Shown here: one piece after another, positions 34,779-40,000 of the stretch
How the letters are laid out: each line of letters begins with the position of its first letter
Numbering within the stretch: the stretch's first letter is position 1
From: Hahella sp. HNIBRBA332
GTDB lineage: Bacteria > Pseudomonadota > Gammaproteobacteria > Pseudomonadales > Oleiphilaceae
Direction: 5' to 3'
DNA: 40,000 bases
Assembly (NCBI RefSeq): GCF_030719035.1
Contig: NZ_CP132203.1
Span: forward strand, 1,454,579-1,494,578
The notes under the pieces: model-generated
Database searches by the model: none
Told to the model about the DNA's origin: nothing
What the model saw: only the letters and a program-made list of their open reading frames with translations
Made by a program: the position numbers and the translations under genes

Positions 34779-35063
34779 TCAAGAAGGAGCAAGAATGGAA
34801 TTAAGAGTTAACGAAAACGGTTTGCCAATTCTTGATCAATTTAGCGAAGAAGGGTTTGTTGACTGCGTATTAAAAATCGTTGACCTCGATGAGAGAGAGG
34901 ATTCATATAAATTTAATCTTCGTGCTTCTTATAGTGGAGTTGATTTGGGATTCAGGGTTGAGGTTGTGAAAGGTATTAAAGGCGGTTTTGATTCTGTGTA
35001 GTGGTCTAATAGTCCCGGACACATTAATAAGAGACAATACCCGTCAACGATTAAGGTGTCAGC

Positions 35064-35354
35064 ATGAGTCAGAAAAGGTCGTATAAGCAGTATCCAAAAG
35101 AGTTTAAAGAAGAGGCCGTTTCCCTGGTGCGCGATCAAGGTTATTCCGTCCCAGAAGCGGCTAAATCCCTCGGCATTAGCGCCAATATGCTCTACAAGTG
35201 GAAGGAAAAAATTGAAGCTCAGCTTGAAAACCAGGTTCTGGCTGAAGACGAGCGCGCCGAGTTAAAACGGCTTCGCAAAGAAAACAAAGAACTACGCATG
35301 GAAAAGGAAATCCTAAAAAAGGCTTCGGCCTTCTTCGCGAAAGAAATGAAATAA
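35064..35354 (+). CDS. IS3-family transposase OrfA
   Basis: 96 aa with HTH plus leucine zipper. A AAA AAG slippery site at 35315-35321. Confidence 0.9.
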   Translation: MSQKRSYKQYPKEFKEEAVSLVRDQGYSVPEAAKSLGISANMLYKWKEKIEAQLENQVLAEDERAELKRLRKENKELRMEKEILKKASAFFAKEMK

Positions 35355-35392
35355 AGTTCGCCTTCATTCAAGCAGAGTCGAGTCGCTTCCCA

Positions 35393-36223
35393 GTGAAAGT
35401 GCTTTGCCGGGCTCTGCGTGCAAGTCGATCAGCCTACTATGCCTGGCGTCGGCGCCGCGCGCCGGTGATCCGGTTTGATGAACTTCATCTGCATCGGCGA
35501 ATGAAGCGACTGTTTAACGCTTCTCGAAGCAGTCTGGGCAGTCGAGAGATGATGAAGAAGCTACGCGAAGAAGGCTTTCAGATAGGGCGTTATCGGGTTC
35601 GCAAGCTCATGAAGAGGTTGGGTCTTCAGGTCACTCAACGCGTTGCTTACAAGGCCACGACAAGGCGCAAGCATCATCATGCGGTTGCAGATAACTTGTT
35701 GAATCAGAATTTTAATCCTACTGCGCCCAATCAGGTTTGGGCTGGCGATGTGACCTATCTAAAAACAGGAGAAGGCTGGATGTATCTGGCCATTGTCATG
35801 GATTTATATTCCCGGAGGATTGTCGGCTGGCGCATCGACAAGCGCATGACGACGAGTCTGGTCAGTCAGGCGCTGATCAAGGCGTACAACTTGCGGAAGC
35901 CGGCCAAGGGCGTGGTATTCCATAGTGACCGTGGTTCACAGTACACCAGCGGACATTATCGAAAGCTGCTGGAAAAGTATGAAATCAGGGCGAGTATGGG
36001 TGATGTGGGAGCCTGTTGGGACAATGCGGTGGTTGAGCGCTTTTTTGGCAGCCTTAAGCATGACTGGATATTAAAAATCCCTCAGCCTACCCGGGAGCAC
36101 ATGGAACAGGATGTGGCAGCTTACATGAGATATTACAACCTCGAAAGACTACATACGGCGAACAATGATATGTCGCCGGTTAATTATGAAAACTCTCTAA
36201 AGAAAGTGTCCGGTGGGATTTGA
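35393..36223 (+). CDS. IS3-family transposase OrfB (DDE), -1 frame
   Basis: [17 protein letters not shown] and CWDNAVVERFF motifs. Confidence 0.9.
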   Translation: MKVLCRALRASRSAYYAWRRRRAPVIRFDELHLHRRMKRLFNASRSSLGSREMMKKLREEGFQIGRYRVRKLMKRLGLQVTQRVAYKATTRRKHHHAVADNLLNQNFNPTAPNQVWAGDVTYLKTGEGWMYLAIVMDLYSRRIVGWRIDKRMTTSLVSQALIKAYNLRKPAKGVVFHSDRGSQYTSGHYRKLLEKYEIRASMGDVGACWDNAVVERFFGSLKHDWILKIPQPTREHMEQDVAAYMRYYNLERLHTANNDMSPVNYENSLKKVSGGI

Positions 36224-36586
36224 CCAGAACACTGAGATGTCACTTATTCAAGACCATGTATATAAAAAAGGCGTAAGGTTTTTCCGTACAGGCCTAGAAA
36301 GCGACTCCCTGTTAAAAGTTCTTGCTCGTCTTTATGGCCTCGATGAGGCCTCAGCTCAAATGACTAACGAGGAAACATTTACGGCGATTGCTCTGCATCA
36401 AGGTGAGATTGATATGGCTTCTGAGTCCATAAAGATCAAGATTTTTGGTAAAGATCAGGACGAAGATTTGGAAGAAAACTACTATGAATCCTTTTTCAAT
36501 CTCGACTTAAAAAATGGCTTTGTATTTTGGAATGAAAAAGATCAAGAATATAGGGAGCCGTTGATTCGTGGTTTGTCAGCATAAAA

Positions 36587-36656
36587 GCCTAACAAGTGGC
36601 TGTTGTCGGACGTGTCTACGCTGCGCTTCGTCACGCCGCAAAGCCAAGCGTTAAGT
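36587..36656 (+). repeat. attC site 14
   Basis: R'' GCCTAAC ... R' GTTAAGT. Confidence 0.85.
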
Positions 36657-36658
36657 AT

Positions 36659-36943
36659 ATGAGAAAGATTTTCGAAGTTACGGATGGAGTACAGCTAGTA
36701 GTTCTTCTTTGGTTTGGCGCTGCATTGCTCCCAATTCTCATTCTTCATGGAAATGGTGAAGTTTGGGCTCAATCTTTAGGGGGGCTTATATTATTTTGCT
36801 CCGGTTTCTTTGTGTCAGAGTTTAGACGGTATAAAAAATCCAAATGCGAATGGTATATATCAGACTTCTCCGTTTACATTGCAGTACCGTTGATTTTATT
36901 TGGATTTATATTCTATGCGTCATTGTCTGGAAGTAATACTTAA
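36659..36943 (+). CDS. integron cassette ORF, membrane protein (94 aa)
   Basis: Start trimmed to the ATG at 36659, after attC 14. About 3 TM helices. Confidence 0.6.
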   Translation: MRKIFEVTDGVQLVVLLWFGAALLPILILHGNGEVWAQSLGGLILFCSGFFVSEFRRYKKSKCEWYISDFSVYIAVPLILFGFIFYASLSGSNT

Positions 36944-37020
36944 CAAGGCGGTGTTGTCGCCTTCGGCTGGGACTGCCATTCGCTGGCGCTTTATGTTAGC
37001 CCCAAACCGCGGCGTTATGC
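36938..37020 (+). repeat. attC site 15
   Basis: R'' ACTTAAC (contains the stop TAA) ... R' GTTATGC. Near-identical to attC 2. Confidence 0.85.
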
Positions 37021-37355
37021 ATAATCGAGAGTTTATCTATGGATGCTAAGGCAATAATAGAGGGTATTGAATCTGGTGATATCCTTCCAAAAGACCTAAT
37101 TTTAAATATTGATATCGATGCATACTTAGATAAACGTGATAGCGATGAAGCATTTGAAAGAAAACTATTGGCGGCCTTTGATGATGTTGCTGATATAGAT
37201 AACGATCAAATAGATGGTTATCAAGAGCTGACCTTGAAGATATTCAATTGTATCGATTCTTTAGTGGGAGTGTCAGAGTTGTCTTGTTATGTTGCTGAAG
37301 ACTTTGAAGTAATATTGAAAGGCATTTATAAAGGGCTCAGTAATGAGTGTTCTGG

Positions 37356-38186
37356 TCAAATCCCACCGGACACTTTCTTTAGAGAGTTTTCATAATTAAC
37401 CGGCGACATATCATTGTTCGCCGTATGCAGTCTTTCGAGATTGTAATATCTCATGTAGGCTGCCACATCCTGCTTCATGTGTTCCCGGGTGGGCTGGGGG
37501 ATTTTTAATATCCAGTCATGTTTAAGACTACCAAAAAAGCGTTCAACCACTGCATTGTCCCAACAGGCTCCCACATCACCCATACTTGCCCTGATTTCAT
37601 ACTTTTCCAGCAGTTTTCGATAATGTCCGCTGGTGTACTGTGAGCCCCTGTCGCTATGGAATACCACGCCCTTGGCCGGCTTCCGCAAGTTGTACGCCTT
37701 GATCAGCGCCTGACTGACCAGACTCGTCGTCATGCGCTTGTCGATGCGCCAGCCGACAATCCTCCGGGAATATAAATCCATGACAATGGCCAGATACATC
37801 CAGCCTTCTCCTGTTTTTAGATAGGTCACATCGCCAGCCCAAACCTGATTGGGCGCAGTAGGATTAAAATTCTGATTCAACAAGTTATCTGCAACCGCAT
37901 GATGATGCTTACGCCTTGTCGTGGCCTTGTAAGCAACGCGTTGAGTGACCTGAAGACCCAACCACTTCATGAGCTTGCGAACCCGATAACGCCCTATCTG
38001 AAAGCCTTCTTCGCGTAGCTTCTTCATCATCTCTCGACTGCCCAGACTGCTTCGAGAAGCGTTAAACAGTCGCTTCATTCGCCGATGCAGATGAAGTTCA
38101 TCAAACCGGATCACCGGCGCGCGGCGCCGACGCCAGGCATAGTAGGCTGATCGACTTGCACGCAGAGCCCGGCAAAGCACTTTCAC
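37356..38186 (-). CDS. IS3-family transposase OrfB (DDE), -1 frame
   Basis: 276-aa frame segment, 2 substitutions relative to copy A. Confidence 0.9.
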   Translation of the reverse strand: MKVLCRALRASRSAYYAWRRRRAPVIRFDELHLHRRMKRLFNASRSSLGSREMMKKLREEGFQIGRYRVRKLMKWLGLQVTQRVAYKATTRRKHHHAVADNLLNQNFNPTAPNQVWAGDVTYLKTGEGWMYLAIVMDLYSRRIVGWRIDKRMTTSLVSQALIKAYNLRKPAKGVVFHSDRGSQYTSGHYRKLLEKYEIRASMGDVGACWDNAVVERFFGSLKHDWILKIPQPTREHMKQDVAAYMRYYNLERLHTANNDMSPVNYENSLKKVSGGI

Positions 38187-38224
38187 TGGGAAGCGATTCG
38201 ACTCTGCTTGAATGAAGGCGAACT

Positions 38225-38515
38225 TTATTTCATTTCTTTCGCGAAGAAGGCCGAAGCCTTTTTTAGAATTTCCTTTTCCATGCGCAGCTCTTTGTTTTCT
38301 TTGCGAAGCCGTTTTAACTCGGCGCGCTCGTCTTCAGCCAGAACCTGGTTTTCAAGCTGAGCTTCAATTTTTTCCTTCCACTTGTAGAGCATATTGGCGC
38401 TAATGCCGAGGGATTTAGCCGCTTCTGGGAAGGAATAACCTTGGTCGCGCACCAAGGAAACGGCCTCTTCTTTAAACTCTTTTGTATACTGTTTATACGA
38501 CCTTTTCTGACTCAT
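38225..38515 (-). CDS. IS3-family transposase OrfA
   Basis: 96 aa, 2 substitutions relative to copy A. Confidence 0.9.
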   Translation of the reverse strand: MSQKRSYKQYTKEFKEEAVSLVRDQGYSFPEAAKSLGISANMLYKWKEKIEAQLENQVLAEDERAELKRLRKENKELRMEKEILKKASAFFAKEMK

Positions 38516-39023
38516 GCTGACACCTTAATCGTTGACGGGTATTGTCTCTTATTAACGTGTCCGGGACTATTAGACCACTACAGATCTTGCGTCTAATCTC
38601 ACGAGTGAGAAAAAGCGGAATAATCGAATACAAAAACTCGGCGAGCTATGGCGGGGTAATGAAGGTGGAGGGTGTAGGTGCCCAATAGGTGAGCCATCAC
38701 CAAAATTTGAACGTGTTCAGCCAACGAAAGAAGCAATAGCCATTTTAAATAAAATATTTTTATCGGCACCCGAGGAAACTCAAATTGTAATAGTTAGAGC
38801 TCTGGTTAGACCCGAGCCATTCGTTGATGATGCCATGAAGATTCTACTAGCGGCTATAAAAAGCGAACGAGTAAAAGTTAGAATAAATGCCGTGCGCACC
38901 ATTCGTGATATTGGCTCAAGCACAAAGCCATATTTAAACGATGTGCTTTTTCTTAAAAATGATCCAATATTTGCGGTTAAATCGGAAATTGAAGGTTTAG
39001 AGGCATATCTAAATGAAGTCGGC

Positions 39024-39140
39024 ACATAACAAACGGCTCCACGCAGACGTCCAAACCAGCGCGGTTTTTGTGGTTTCGGTGCGCTACACCTTAACACAAA
39101 AACCACTCCGGTTTGGCCGCTGGTGAGCCGGGCGTTAACT
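39024..39140 (+). repeat. attC site 16 (long)
   Basis: R'' ACATAAC (contains the stop TAA) ... R' GTTAACT. 117 bp. Confidence 0.8.
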
Positions 39141-39155
39141 GAACAGAGAAAATTT

Positions 39156-39410
39156 GTGGTTACTGATATCAATGGCAAGGAAGTAATAGTTGGGTCAAGG
39201 GTAAAAGTCTTAGAAATCGACATGTCTGTCACTGAGGGGCTATCGGAAAATGAAGTCATAGATATTAAATCAATGCTGGATGATGTTCTCGAAGTCTACG
39301 AAGTGGATGAATATGGTAGAGCATGGGTTGAGAAATGGTGGGATAGAGGTGACGGTCGAAGTGAAAGTCACAGTCTTGCTCTAGAGTCTAAGCAAATGGA
39401 GGTTGTTTAA
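39156..39410 (+). CDS. integron cassette ORF, hypothetical (about 84 aa), GTG start
   Basis: The frame is open from 39123 (inside attC 16). The first start codon downstream of R' is GTG at 39156; there is no in-frame ATG near the 5' end. Confidence 0.45.
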   Translation: MVTDINGKEVIVGSRVKVLEIDMSVTEGLSENEVIDIKSMLDDVLEVYEVDEYGRAWVEKWWDRGDGRSESHSLALESKQMEVV

Positions 39411-39416
39411 AATGTC

Positions 39417-39521
39417 AGTTAACAAAGTGTTCAATCGGATTTGGGTAAGCTGTCGCCATTTTTGCAAAAAAGCCGCAAAATTATCGCCATCTCACCCAAA
39501 CCAATTAACACGGCGTTAAGT
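39417..39521 (+). repeat. attC site 17
   Basis: R'' AGTTAAC ... R' GTTAAGT. 105 bp, relatively AT-rich interior. Confidence 0.75.
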
Positions 39522-39529
39522 GCCCAATA

Positions 39530-39805
39530 ATGGAAGTCGACGAATTGAACATAGATTGCGAGAAACATGGTAGGGGTATAGCTGCTACGGTCTGCTGTCA
39601 TTTGGTAAGGAATAATAGTGCTCCTTTAGGCTTTATCGAAAATAGTTCTGAGCCAGGCGATCTTCAAGGCTGGTGTTACGCCTGTGAGCACATGTTCTTG
39701 CAAGAAGAAGATAAAACGGAGCGCTTTCGTAAATTCTGCGACTTTTCAGTTGTTTGCGAAGAGTGCTACAAAAGCATTAAGGCACATCATGAGTCGAACA
39801 CTTAA
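39530..39805 (+). CDS. integron cassette ORF, Cys-rich protein (91 aa), paralogue of 34056-34277
   Basis: Shared pattern C-x-x-H-G...C-C/S-H-L...EPGDL.(G/A)WC..C...(V)VC..C with the other copy. Confidence 0.65.
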   Translation: MEVDELNIDCEKHGRGIAATVCCHLVRNNSAPLGFIENSSEPGDLQGWCYACEHMFLQEEDKTERFRKFCDFSVVCEECYKSIKAHHESNT

Positions 39806-39877
39806 CAAGGCCAAGCACCATCGCGCACCGCGTGCGCTGGACCTCGCTACGCTCGGCCGGTGTTGGCGGCGTTGCGT
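39800..39877 (+). repeat. attC site 18 (non-canonical R')
   Basis: R'' ACTTAAC (contains the stop TAA). The interior closely matches attC 7. R' reads GTTGCGT rather than GTTRRRY. Confidence 0.75.
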
Positions 39878-40000
39878 TTCAAGGGGAACACTTGAGTAGA
39901 ATCGAGCACATACGATCAGCGGGAAGTTTAGAAGTAAGAATAAAGCCTGGAAATGAGGGTGAATTTCAAACTTACTTTTTGGGGGTTTGGTTAGTTGCTT

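Larger units (their letters stand above)
34997..36231 (+). mobile_element. second IS3-family insertion sequence, copy A (1235 bp)
   Basis: IRs TGTAGTGGTCTAATAGTCCCGGACAC / TGTTCTGGTCAAATCCCACCGGACAC. 3-bp duplication CTG at 34994-34996 and 36232-36234. Confidence 0.9.
34795..36584 (+). pseudogene. cassette gene split by an IS insertion (reconstructs to 183 aa)
   Basis: Joining 34795-34996 to 36235-36584 (removing the IS and one CTG repeat) gives one open frame: ...VKGIKGGFDS-EMSLIQDHVYKKG... Confidence 0.8.
37348..38582 (-). mobile_element. second IS3-family insertion sequence, copy B (inverted, 1235 bp)
   Basis: Same termini as copy A, with a few substitutions. Flanks are GAG (37345-37347) and GAT (38583-38585). 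Confidence 0.9.
37039..39029 (+). pseudogene. cassette gene split by an IS insertion (reconstructs to about 250 aa; C-terminal HEAT-like repeats)
   Basis: 37039-37347 and 38583/38586-39029 are in one frame once the IS is removed. The C-terminal part reads ..VRALVRPEPFVDDAMKILLAAIKSERVKVRINAVRTIRDIGS.. . Confidence 0.75.

Noticed and set aside
28944-40000. Regularly spaced GC-rich repeats as a CRISPR array
   Set aside because: The repeats are 46-117 bp, heterogeneous in sequence, internally palindromic and bounded by RYYYAAC/GTTRRRY. The intervening segments are 250-900 bp and coding. This is an integron attC array.
39892-40000. Partial ORF opening with TTG after attC 18
   Set aside because: The frame is open to the window edge, but with only 36 codons, a non-ATG start and no recognisable motif it is not supportable as a feature.

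Overview
The window is a three-part mosaic, with almost all genes on the + strand. (1) 1-6190: the 5' end of a leftward umuD-like gene with a perfect LexA box. It is followed by a visibly AT-rich accessory island holding an intact IS3-family element, a dGTPase-family HD hydrolase (a known dNTP-depletion antiphage enzyme family), a Cys-rich lipoprotein, a small membrane protein and two unknown proteins. (2) about 6190-25571: a GC-rich HK97-like siphovirus late-gene block. It runs M15 endolysin, 3TM holin, HNH, P27-type terS, terL, portal, prohead protease, major capsid, connectors, tail tube, G/GT chaperone with a -1 slippery site, tape measure, and a 1756-aa tip/fibre protein. No integrase, repressor or replication gene is visible. 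This block carries AT-rich insertions bounded by short direct repeats. One is a 2-gene ABC-2 exporter that has displaced the last codons of the HNH gene. (3) 25857-28943: a second copy of the same IS3 element with a group II intron nested in orfB. From 28944 to 40000 there is an integron-type cassette array: 18 attC sites (RYYYAAC...GTTRRRY), mostly single small AT-rich ORFs, and no intI in the window. Two cassette ORFs are split by inverted copies of a second IS3-family element. A modular non-coding repeat precedes four AT-rich ORFs, and the longer copies lose similarity to each other at a GTTARR motif. Both copies of the first IS sit in or next to it. Protein-family calls rest on motifs read by eye and recalled family knowledge; no database search was run.
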